Positions 1 through 10,626 of a stretch of 64,000 bases of DNA are shown in pieces; positions within the stretch are counted from its first letter, which is position 1; every line of letters begins with the position of its first letter. The translations under genes were made by a program, and so were the position numbers. The DNA lies in contig NC_135891.1 in NCBI RefSeq assembly GCF_964194155.1, positions 86,986,001 through 87,050,000 on the forward strand, given 5' to 3'. This DNA comes from Cetorhinus maximus. Its lineage: Eukaryota. Below the pieces are notes generated by a model that made no database searches, was not told the DNA's origin, and worked only from the letters and a program-made list of their open reading frames with translations.

Positions 1-387
1 GGTGGCATGGAGGTGCTGCTCTGCTGTCAGAAATAAAAAATGTTGGTGAGCCTGGGGTTTAAGTACTTTAAAATTGGCTGCTTGCCTTCATTCATCTAGC
101 AGGCAGCTGATCTGCATCCCCACTCACCCTTCAGAAACTTCCCTGGTGACAGATCTGCATTAGGGAGCAGCCTTGATACCCAGGCACCCCTCCACCAAAC
201 TAAGGGGGGCTGGAAAATTCAGTCCACATATGTTAGAATGAGTGCAGCCAATTTGGATGAGAGAAAGAAGTGTTCAGGCCAATGACTTTTCATTAGAAAA
301 TATGAAAAAGTCATTGACTTGAAATGTTTACTGTTAAACTCTCTCCAGAAGTTGCTAGACCCCAGGTCCTATTATGTTACACACCAC

Positions 388-1042
388 AGCCAGGATTTTG
401 CCCTTGGCTGGGGTGCTCGACAAGGGTGGTCAGGAAGCTGACCACCACCTGCAATTGGCACCACACTGATTTTACGCAGGCGGGCCAATTAAGGCCTGCC
501 CAGCATGGAACGTGAGTGGCAGTGCTCAGCGTTACCTGTGCAGACAGGTGAGGGCAGTGAGTGGGCCTAGCATGATTTTTGTGCATGTGCGCGAAAGAGG
601 CACAGAGCTGCCTCAGGGGAGATGAAGCGCTTTAAAAAATTAATAACCAAAATAAAAAGGTCATACAACATGTTCCCTCATGTGACTGTCACATGAGCAG
701 GGACATGGTTTTTAAATTCAGGTATAAAATTTTTTTTTATTTCTATTGGCTTTAGAAAAGTTCATCCTGCCCATGGATAAGGTTTACTAAAGCGCAAGGC
801 TGCTTGGCGTTTTTGCCTGTCTGCTAACTGCACGGTTGGATGGGCAGTGTAAATTTGAATTTAATTACTTTAATAGGCCTTTTAATTGGTGGCGGGTGTG
901 CACCGGAGTCGGCAGCACACCTGCAGAACAAAATTTTGCAGTATTAAGTGATAATGTTGGGACGCTCACCTGATGTCATCACGTCATTTTAAGCTTAGCT
1001 GGGTCGGGCTCGTGCCCTTCTGCTGAGCTCAATATTCTGCCC
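388..1042 (-). mobile_element. Non-autonomous PIF/Harbinger derivative (MITE)
   Basis: TIRs agccaggatttt / aatattctgccc; both subterminal regions match the ends of the 31408-35608 element. Confidence 0.75.
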
Positions 1043-1220
1043 TATGAACCTAGTTATTATGATCAGGGACATTCTAGATGGAGGAAGGCACATTCTGCTA
1101 GAGCAGCCAGTGATCTCTTGTATATAAAAATAAACAAGTTTGCTGCAAGTGAAGAGTGCTTCTTGGGATGGAATCATGCCTATTTCATGTAATGATTCAA
1201 AAACGACATAGCATTCTTAC

Positions 1221-1403
1221 CAAATCCATCATGTTGAAGCAGAGACATGCCTTGACTACTTTATCTGGTCTGCTGCATAGTGTATGGAGTGCACTGATAT
1301 GCTCCAAGCCACAGCTCAAAGGATAAATCAGAACCTGGGGTAGTAGCTTTGACTTACAGCTGGAGACATCAAGTGGCAACAGGGCCATCAATTGGAGCAT
1401 TTA
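1221..1403 (-). pseudogene. Degenerate duplicate of perilipin exon 6 (pseudo-exon) in intron 6 of gene A
   Basis: Acceptor tag and donor GATTTG|gtaag are retained. Fragments QSYYPR, AYQ, MQQTR and ATGGATTTG align to exon 6 but contain stops and frameshifts. Confidence 0.7.
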
Positions 1404-1874
1404 CTAATCAAATCAGTGGCCAGTTTGGACGTGGATGCTGATAGTAAGAACCTTAGCTGGCGGAGGAACTAGGTTGGACAATTGCCATGCAAGTAAGTCA
1501 AATTTTAAAGTTGATGTATTGTGTAGAGAAGTGCTATTGACACTCCATTCAGCTGTCTATTGACAAAAACAACACATTGAATCAAAGTTGGCATCAACTT
1601 TGTAAGAGGAGCACATTCCTTCCAGTACTTGGAGATAGGTGAAGGATCCCTTAATAAGTCTAGTCCAGCCATCATTTCTTGGGCATGTAAAAAAGGGGGA
1701 CAATGTCCATGATACAAGAGACTGGTCATACTGAACCTGAAGATATCCATGTAGATTAAAAACTACAGGACACATTTGGACTGATGGCAGATTCTTGCAG
1801 AGGCAAAGAATAGGCTCCAGTCCATGTCAAAACCACCCAGCAGCACAAGGGTCACCAGTAGCATGTATTCTTAC

Positions 1875-2062
1875 CAGATCCATCGTGTTGTGAAGCTGAG
1901 CCATGGTATCTTGGCTGTTTTGTCTGGCCTTCTGCATCTTGGATATGGAGTGTTGATATGCTCTATGACGAAATTTTGAAGATAAAGATCCCAAGCGCAC
2001 ATGGTAACTCTGCTCTTGTGCTGGGGCCACTTCAAAGCCCTCAACAGAAGCAGCCAGTTTTG
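1875..2062 (-). CDS. Gene A exon 6
   Basis: 188 nt, [22 protein letters not shown]. Confidence 0.92.
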
Positions 2063-5000
2063 CTGAAACACAAGAGGATTTCCAATCAAGGCTATTACTC
2101 AAGACAGGTTTTACATTCAAGTTTGATCAACTTCCTTCCACCCTCAATCTGATCTAGGGTTCTCAAATCAAACTGTTTGCATAATGCTTCAGTGCAGAGG
2201 ATCTGGGTGTCCTCGTGCATGAATCGCTGAAAGCTAGTATGCAGGTAATAAAGGAAGGCAAATGGAATTTTGGCATTTATTGCTAAAGAAAGGGAGTATA
2301 AAAATAGGGAAGTGTTATTGCAACTGTACAAGGCATTGGTGAGACCACGCCTGAAGTACTGTGCAGAGTTTTGGTCCCCTTACTGAGGAAGGATGTAGTT
2401 GCACTGGGAGGTGGTCCAGGGGAGGTTCACTAGATTGATTCCAGAGATGTGGGGCTTGTTTTATGAGGAGAGATCGAGCAGTTTAGGCCTATACTCGCTA
2501 GCGTTTAGAAGGTTGAGAGATCTAATTGAGGTATACAAGATGCTAAAGGGGATAGACAAAGTAGACGTGGAGCAGATGTTTCCCCTTCTGGAACATTCTA
2601 GAACGAGAGGCCATAGTTTTAGGCTAATGGGTGGTAGATTTAAAATCAGAGATGAGGAGGAATTACTTTTCTCAAAGAGTCTTGAATCTGTGGAATTCAC
2701 TACCTCAGTGCAGTGGATGCTGGGACGGTGAATAAATTGGAGGAGAGACACAGATTTTTAATTAGTAACGGGCTGAAAGGTTATGGGGAGAGGGCGGGAA
2801 ATTGGAGTTGAGGCTGAAATGAGATCAGCCATGATCGTAATGAATGACAGGGCAGGCTCGAGGGGCTGAATTGCCTACTCCTGCTCCTATTTCGTATGTA
2901 CTTAGTCAAATCTGCATTTACAATGACAACTTCTGAAGCTAGAATTAACCACTGTTGGAACCGTTTAATACTTTTGCAGTCTCAAACCTCCTATACAGGA
3001 GACTGTGCTCCTGGCCATTAAAGGACATTGTGAGGACTAGAGTCACTTATTCCCAAAGTAAGCACTAACTTTCCCAATGCAGAAGTGAATGTAACTGAGC
3101 TTTATAACACCCATTTTCCTTTTGGACAGTTCAGCATTAAACCATTTGACTAGAGCATAGAGTAGGGGGAAAGCAAGAAATGAATAGTTAGTGGGATAAG
3201 TGTTAACAAACGATGTATTGCTTTTTGTTTACAAGTACTGCTTACAAGCCATGTTCTGCACACTAAAGAACTTATTTCTCAAGGGTAGAAGTCTGCAGAA
3301 CATATCTTTAAAATTTCAATGGCATACATGCTCAAGGTTGACAGTATAGAGAATGATCACTGACGTGCAAGATCCAACTTGACCTCTTAAGGTTTATGGC
3401 ATTAAAGCTGATACAAAAACATCCCATTACTAAGGAGGAGGTAGTAAATTAGATCCTCTCTTACCTAGTTCTTCCTCAGTCATTGGAAGATAATGATCAA
3501 CCATCTCTTCAGATTTATTGAGTGCACTGTCCACACCATTGACCACCATCTGCCCTACTCTGGACGCCATGACAGTATTAACTCCTACAACCATCACTGT
3601 CTTGGTTTTTTCAATGCCACCATGCACCACCCCCTTGGCCATGTCCACTACCCCAGTCACTGTATTTTTAGCTCCAGTCACTGTGTTGGAGACTGCATCT
3701 TTGGCTCCTGTTATTGTGGATGAAACCAGTTCTCTGGTATCAGCAACAACCTGTAATTATAAAGGGAAAAGATGACAATTCAGTACATTTTTTTTGTAAT
3801 ACTAGTCAAACCAAACAGTGCAAACATCAGGTTCTGGATGAGCACTTGCATTCTCATTGTCTAGCTCTATAATCCATACAGGAGGCGATTTCAAAAACGT
3901 GCACACAGATGCAGCTGGTGAATCTGTCAAATTGACTTCTACAATTAATTTCCTCCCCACACAAGCCCAGACACTAACAAAATTATGGAATTGTCAGCTA
4001 TTATTTCAATTTGTACAGAATCCAATAGTTACTATTAGGTTGTGTTCAAAAAATTAAGGCAAAGGGAAATTTAAAAGATAGGGCTTTCTAAAAAAAGTAA
4101 TAGTTTGAGACACCATCTAAGCAGGCATTTAAATATGAAGTTACAACTTAGTGGTTTCACTAGCCACTATAGTAAAAGATGGCTTCAGTAGATTGGAAGT
4201 GCAGTGTTCCTATAAACTATTGGTAAATTACAATCCTTTTGAAAGCTAGGTACCATCTGCAGGGTTATTTTATAGATGATTTCCTTACCTGGGGTGTGGA
4301 CTGTTGAAGGATTGGAAGCTTCTCTTCCAGTTTATCCAAGCCTTTACAGGCATATTCATTAGCTGCTGCAACTGAGCACAAAAGAACCTTTGCTTAGAGG
4401 CAAACAATTGTAAATTGTCCACATCGAGCCAATTGGCCCACTCTAGAAGTTTAGCTTTAGACACAAAGTTATTGAAGGGCTGAGAACTTGAGTCTCAGTA
4501 TTTATCTTACACTTTAAATAGTTTAAATAAAAATTGTAGAGATTTTTAACCCTTGTTTGCTTATCAAAAATAGTATTACATGTTCATATTTTACTGTACT
4601 AATCCACAATAGTAAATACCTACAATCACATCAATTACCTCTATTTGCTTTGATAAACATCACACTACTTAAATATGGCTGTAGTGACAAAATGCAAAAG
4701 TAGCCAAATTTGGGAATTAAAATGCAGGCTTCACTCCCAAGTGCATTAGAGCCAAGAGGGCCACAACAACTTCTTGTTGAGCTTAAGTTTTGAGACTATC
4801 CACAGCAAGGGCTGTACTAAGCAAAGCTTAAAGTGCCCAGGATTCTTTTGAATGCTAGCTTTAAATATATAGTACAGGAGTCCCTGCTTATAAACATTCT
4901 CAACTACTAGAAGGGTCTTGTAAAGCAGGAAGGCAGAGCTTCTGAATAAAGCTCAGTTCATTAGTAAGCTACTGGTAATGCACAAGAACTCTGTAGCTTT

Positions 5001-7257
5001 TATTTACCATTTTTGAAACTGAACCTTCAATATGAAAATCTGTCAGTTTGTACCTTCTAGAGATTGAGAAAATAACTTCCCACTTTTCCTTTATGATGCA
5101 ATAATGCCTAGTGTTTAGCAGCAGATATGATATGCTACTTTAGTATTCTTGGCAGAAGAACAAAAATAGTCACTTGTAATATAGGGAAATACAGCAATAA
5201 ACCTGTATAAAGTCCCAAGGTGACTAAATCTGTTTAGCGATGTTAGTTGAGGGATAACTACTGGGCATCTTGCTTTTAAAAAAATCTTTTACAGCCACCC
5301 AATAGGTCTGGGTCCTCAGATTAATGCTTTCATCTGAAAGTTAGGGATGCATACCTGAACATGCCTTCATTTCAATCTTCTGAAGGGCAGGTAGAATACA
5401 ATATAAAACAATTGCTTCAGGGCAGACTTCAGATCAGAGCAGAATTCACACATGAATTCTTAATCCTCTACTTGGGTGGAGCCATGTGACAGTTAGAAAT
5501 TGTAGCTTAATTATACTTGGCAACTAATTGATTCTTTGCCTGATCTCGAAAAACTTTAAAAATGATTTTGCACTTATTTAGGAGAATTCTAGTTCCTTTT
5601 AATTATCACCAGGCACCAAGCTTACATTTCAGAAAAAAGGTTCCTTGTGTCCAGGGGGTCCCAAAGCAAAATATTCAATTATTTTATTCTTAATGAACAG
5701 GCACCATTAAGGCAAATTTTAGCCTTTAAATTTCAGGCAACTAAAATACTGTATGCTCCAATCTTACTTTGAGGCTCCAGCTTGTCTATAATTGGCTTGG
5801 CACCACTGACAGCCACAGCTGAGATGGTCTTCACTCCCTGCTCAGCAACATCACAGACAGTCTTCACATATGGATGGTTCTCCTTGGTGCTGTTGTATGC
5901 AGCTGATACCATGTCATAGGCAGAGCTCACTAGAAGCAGGTTGGTCACCCTGTCCACCACATTCTGAAACAAGTCATGGAATCACCAGATCATTGCACAG
6001 TAATTCATTCCAATGAGGCAAGGGACAAAAGAAACTGCCCAGTACAGTTCTAGAAAGAATAGCTGGACTTTTATAGCAACTTCCCATACCCAGTGTAAGG
6101 AAATGCTTACAAAATAGAAAAGATTGCACAATCATCCTAAAAGATTATGCAAGGATTTTAGTATATCAATTTGTACATTTAGTGAGCATCTCAGATACTT
6201 TGTCTAGTTCAGCATAGTTCTACCTATAATTTACAGCAACCACTTTAGGTACTGTTCAGTATCTCTTGTTAGACCAGACAAGAAATAGAAGTTACAATAT
6301 GGAAACTAGCCATTCAGCCCTACTACTTTGGGTTAGTTCAGGCAGAAAAAGGGTTAATGACCTCAAAACATCAAATTTTTAAAATCTCTCACCACAGGTG
6401 CTGCCAGACATACTGAGCATTTCCAGCAATAAGCTTCGAGATTTCATTATGGGTCAGTATTTGCCAATTATGAGCAAGTCATCATTCCAATCAAATACCC
6501 TTCCTGTTTCACATATCTTATCCTGCCCCTATCCTACCCCCATCTAATTTTGATAGGGTGTAGCTTCTGTCTAGAGCTGCAATCCCAAAATGGAACACTA
6601 GACAACATCAGCTTCTCTCATCCGTCCGTTTTGAATTATTAACAGTTACAACAATAAATAACCTTAATAAAAAAAAATAGTTCTTTTGGCTTCATTGAAG
6701 CGCAAGGAATAAACAAAAAAATGATAAAGAACTGAACAGTTGGGAGAGGGCCAAGTGTTTTGGTGAATCGAGTTTTGGGGGGGGGGGGGGGGTGGAAAGA
6801 GGCCCCTTTTAAATGAACATTAAATTATAAATGCGCTGCTGCTTAGTTTTTAAAAAAATATATTAGTTTGCCTTTTACAATAGAAGCTCTTAGACGAATT
6901 TTGCAGCTATTTCAAGGCAATGAAAGTTAAGTTTGTTGCAAATTAGGCCAAAGGTCACAATACCGAGTGCTTGAGTCGATGAGTAATATTTCCCATCAGA
7001 ACAGAAAGTAACTCCCCGACCGCAGGCCCTAAACTCGTGCTAAACAGGTCATCATCTTACACTGTACAATGGGAGGATTTCTCAATAGATTGCGGTAGTT
7101 AGTAACTATAGAGTATTAGTTATCAAGTTAGAAAGCTAGAAACACACCCATCCACACTTGCTGCCACAGGGAGTAGTTAAAGTACCTGTTGTTCCCCGTT
7201 CTCCTGGTGCTCCGGTGGGTTGGAGACCGCAACATTTTCGGCTACTTCCGACGCCAT
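1875..7257 (-). CDS. PLIN3: Perilipin-2/3-like gene A (partial; exons 7-8 lie left of the window). Coding exons 7186-7257, 5768-5963, 4289-4371, 3465-3750, 1875-2062
   Basis: Spliced translation [24 protein letters not shown]|[32 protein letters not shown]...KLEPQ|[28 protein letters not shown]|[11 protein letters not shown]...[10 protein letters not shown]|[12 protein letters not shown]...[12 protein letters not shown]...NTMDL. Canonical GT-AG sites, consistent phases, exon sizes 72/196/83/286/188. Residues are mixed PLIN2/PLIN3-like, so the symbol is tentative. Confidence 0.92.
2180..2900 (+). mobile_element. CR1 LINE 3' fragment
   Basis: [10 protein letters not shown]...LGLYSL...[15 protein letters not shown], followed by a CR1 3' UTR. 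Confidence 0.88.
3465..3750 (-). CDS. Gene A exon 5 (11-mer amphipathic repeats)
   Basis: 286 nt, [27 protein letters not shown] repeats. Confidence 0.93.
4289..4371 (-). CDS. Gene A exon 4 (PAT domain, second part)
   Basis: 83 nt, [28 protein letters not shown]. Confidence 0.92.
5768..5963 (-). CDS. Gene A exon 3 (PAT domain)
   Basis: 196 nt, NVVDRV...KLEPQ, cag|...|gtaag. Confidence 0.93.
6945..6957 (+). promoter_or_regulatory. DR1 / PPAR response element-like site in gene A intron 2
   Basis: aatt-AGGCCA-A-AGGTCA. Confidence 0.55.
7186..7257 (-). CDS. Gene A exon 2 (start exon)
   Basis: ATG at 7257; donor CAG|gtact; acceptor at 7274-7275. Confidence 0.85.
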
Positions 7258-7613
7258 AACAAATCGACCAAGTCTGGTGGAAAGAAATTAGGAATAAAAA
7301 TCAGCTAGTTTAACTCTCACAGGCTGATATCCAGGGCCGCCGAGGCTGGGATAATGCCCGAGTAAGAGAGACCAAGGACAGATTCTGAACAACTTTTACA
7401 GTAACGAGTTCATTGACCAGCTTATTAAAAGTTGGGCGGAATCCCAGAAACCCTTCAGTAGAAAGTTTAAAAGTCTGCCTGTGCCAAAACACACCAGAGA
7501 AGATCCTTACAACAGTGGAGGTTACTTTGAAACACTTTCGAACAAAAACGCATCAGAAACCTACTAAATAAAATAATCAAAGTTTTGGAAAATAGGCAAA
7601 AAGTTTAATCTTA

Positions 7614-7935
7614 ACTTACCAACTCCGCTCAAAACCTTACACTACTCTTTACACCCTCTACAGTTTAGTTCCTAGTACGGAGTGGTAAATTCTAAAACCC
7701 TTATGACGCTATCCGGGTGGGGCACACTAAATGCTTGTCAAAAGGTCTGAGCAATCAACATGGAAAGAATGAAATTGATTTAGGCATGGACAAATCAAAG
7801 ACTTCAGAGGCGGAGTTTGGTTCATTTCAGTCATGTCAAGGGCTGAACCGAATCTGGATGTGACTGGAGTGCGGGGTGAGGGCGGGGCGGGGCGAGGTTA
7901 CTTCATATGACCTTGGAAGAGTTTGATTGGTGAAA
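7614..7935 (-). promoter_or_regulatory. Gene A non-coding exon 1 and promoter
   Basis: Donor gtaagt at 7614-7619; tandem GC boxes at about 7879-7894; CCAAT on the minus strand at 7926-7930; alignable to the gene C promoter. Confidence 0.6.
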
Positions 7936-10335
7936 TATTGTAGGTACGCAAAATATTAAAGTAATACTAAACAGTAATGTTTTTATCAGCTGACTACAAG
8001 TGAGATCACAAGATAATAATGGACCAAAGAAGACTATTTGACTCAGTTCACTCATTCAGCCTGTCCTTAATCGGCACCATCCAATTGGTTCTTAAAATAT
8101 TCACAGAATCACAGAGTGCTGAAAAGGCCCTTCGGCCCATCGAGTCTGCACCGACACGTGAGAAACACCTGACCTACCTAATCCCATTTACCAGCACTTG
8201 GCCCTTGAATGTTATGACGTGCCAAGTGCTCATCCAGGTACTTTTTAAAGGATGTGAGGCAACCCGCCTCCACCACCCTCCCAGGCAGTGCATTCCAGAC
8301 CGTCACCACCCTCTGGGTAAAAAGGTTTTCCCTCACATCCCCCCTAAACCTCCTGCCCCTCACCTTGAACTTATGTCCCCTTGCGACTGACCCTTCAACT
8401 AAGGGGAACAGCTGCTCCCTATCCACCCTGTCCATGCCCCACGTAATCTTGTACACATCGATCAGGTCACCCCTCAGTCTTCTCTGCTCCAACGAAAACA
8501 ACCTAAGTCTATCCAACCTCTCTTCATAACTTAAATGTTTCATCCCAGGCAACATCCTGGTGAATCTCCTCTGCACCCCCTCCAGTGCAATCACATCCTT
8601 CCTATAATTTGGCGACCAGAACTGCACATTGTATTCCAGCTGTGGCCTCACCAAGGCTCTATACAACTCCAACATGACCTCCCTACTTTTGTAATCAATG
8701 CCTCGATTGATAAAGGCAAGTGTCCCATATGCCTTTTTCACCACCCCACTAACATGCCCCGCCACCTTCAGAGATCTATGGACACACACGCCAAGGTCCC
8801 TTTGTTCCTCAGAACTTCCTAGTGTCATGCCACTCATTGAATACTTCCTTGTCAAATTACTCCTTCCAAAGTCTATCACCTCACACTTTTCAGGGTTAAA
8901 TTCCATCTGCCACTTATCTGCCCATTTGACCATCCCGTCTATATCTTCCTGCAGCCCAAGACACTCAACCTCACTGTTAACCACCCGGCCAATCTTTGTG
9001 TCATCCGCAAACTTACTAATCCTACCACCCACATAGTCATCTATCTTGTTTATATAAATGACAAATAATAGGGGATCGAACACAGATCCCTGTGGTACGC
9101 CACTGGACACTGGCTTCCAGTCACTAAAGCATCCTTCTGTCATCACTATCTGTCTCCTACAACTAAGCCAATTTTGAATCCACCTTATCAAATTACCCTG
9201 TATCCCATGTGCATTTGCCTTCTTTATAGGTCTCCCATGTGGGACCTTGTCAAAGGCTTTGCTGAAATCCATATAAACTACATCAACTACACTACCCTCA
9301 TCTATACACCTGGTCACCTCCTCAAAAGATTCAATCAAATTTGTTAGGTATGACCTCCTTCTGACAAAGCCATGTTGACTATCCCTGATCAAACCTTGCC
9401 TCTCCAAGTGGAGATAGATTCTCTCCTTCAGAACTTTCTCCAATAGTTTCCCTACCACTGACGTGAGACTCACTGGCCTGTAGTTCCCTGGCTTATCTCT
9501 GCAACCCTTCTTAAATAGCAGAACCACATTAGCTATTCTCCATTCTTCTGGCACCTACCCCGTGGCCAGAGAGGAATTAAAAATTTGGGTCAGAGCCCCT
9601 ATGATCTCCTCCCTTGCCTCCCTCAGCAGTCTGGGTCACAAATCATCTGGACCTGGAGATTTGTCCACTTTTAAGCCTGCCAACATCCCCAATACCTTGT
9701 CACTCCCTATATCAATTTGCTCAAGAACTTCGCAGTCTCTCTCCCCGAGTTTGATACCTTCATCCTCATTCTCTTGGGTGAAGACGGATGTGGAGTATTT
9801 GTTCAACGCTCTACTGATGTCCTCTGGCTCCAACCGTAGATTGCTCCCTTGGTCCCTTATGGGCCCTACTCTTTCCCTGGTTATCCTCTTCCCATTGATA
9901 TACCTATAGAATATCTTAGGATTTTCCCTACTTTTACCAGCTAGAGCTTTCTCATATCCCCTCTTTGCTCTCCTAATTGCTTTCTAAAGCTCCACCTTGC
10001 ACTTTCTGTACTCCACTAATTTGCTTCCCTTGTATCTGCTAAAAGCCTCTCTTTTCCTTCTCATCATATCCTGAATATCTCTGGTCATCCATGGTTTTCT
10101 GGGCTTGTTACTCCTTCCTATCACCCTAGAGGGAACATGTTGAGCCTGTACCCTCCCCATTTCCTTTTTGAACGCCCCCCACTGCTCTTCTGTAGATTTC
10201 CCCACAAGTAGCTGTTTCCAGCCTACCTTGGCCAGATCCTGCCTTATTTTACTAAAATCTGCTCTCCCCCAATCCAAAACATTTTTTTGCAACTTGTCTA
10301 TTTCTTTGTCCATAACAAGCTTAAATTGTACCATA

Positions 10336-10626
10336 ATAAAAGCAAAATAATATGGATGCTGGAAATCTAGAACAAAAACAAAAATACCTGGAAAAACTCA
10401 GCAGGTCTGACAGCATCTCCGGAGAGGGATACAGTTGACGTTTTGAGTCTGTATGACCCTTCATCAGAACTAAGAAATATAGAAATGTGATGAAATATAA
10501 GCTGGTAGAAGAGGGTGGGACAGGAGAGCTCAATAGGGGGGGCAGTGATAGGTGGAGGCCAAGAAGAGACTGCCAAAAATGTCATAGACAAAAGCGCAAA
10601 GGGGTGTTGATGGTGGTGATATTCTA
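10336..10626 (-). mobile_element. Penelope-derived terminal-repeat fragment inserted in the CR1
   Basis: Interrupts CR1 ORF2 between SDHN and MVQFK; matches 63075-63365 and 14720-14850. Confidence 0.8.
10433..10471 (-). ncRNA. Minimal hammerhead ribozyme motif (G12 mutated)
   Basis: AGUU-CUGAUGA-A-GGGUC auaca GACUC-AAAA-CG-UC-AACU. Confidence 0.5.

Noticed and set aside
3493-3775. Plus-strand ORFs of 76-89 aa, repeated at 53380-53674
   Set aside because: Antisense shadows of perilipin exon 5; their similarity follows from the conserved exon.
8178-9554. 458-aa reverse transcriptase ORF as a host gene or retron-like system
   Set aside because: Standard CR1 ORF2 fragment with upstream frameshifts and a CR1 tail.
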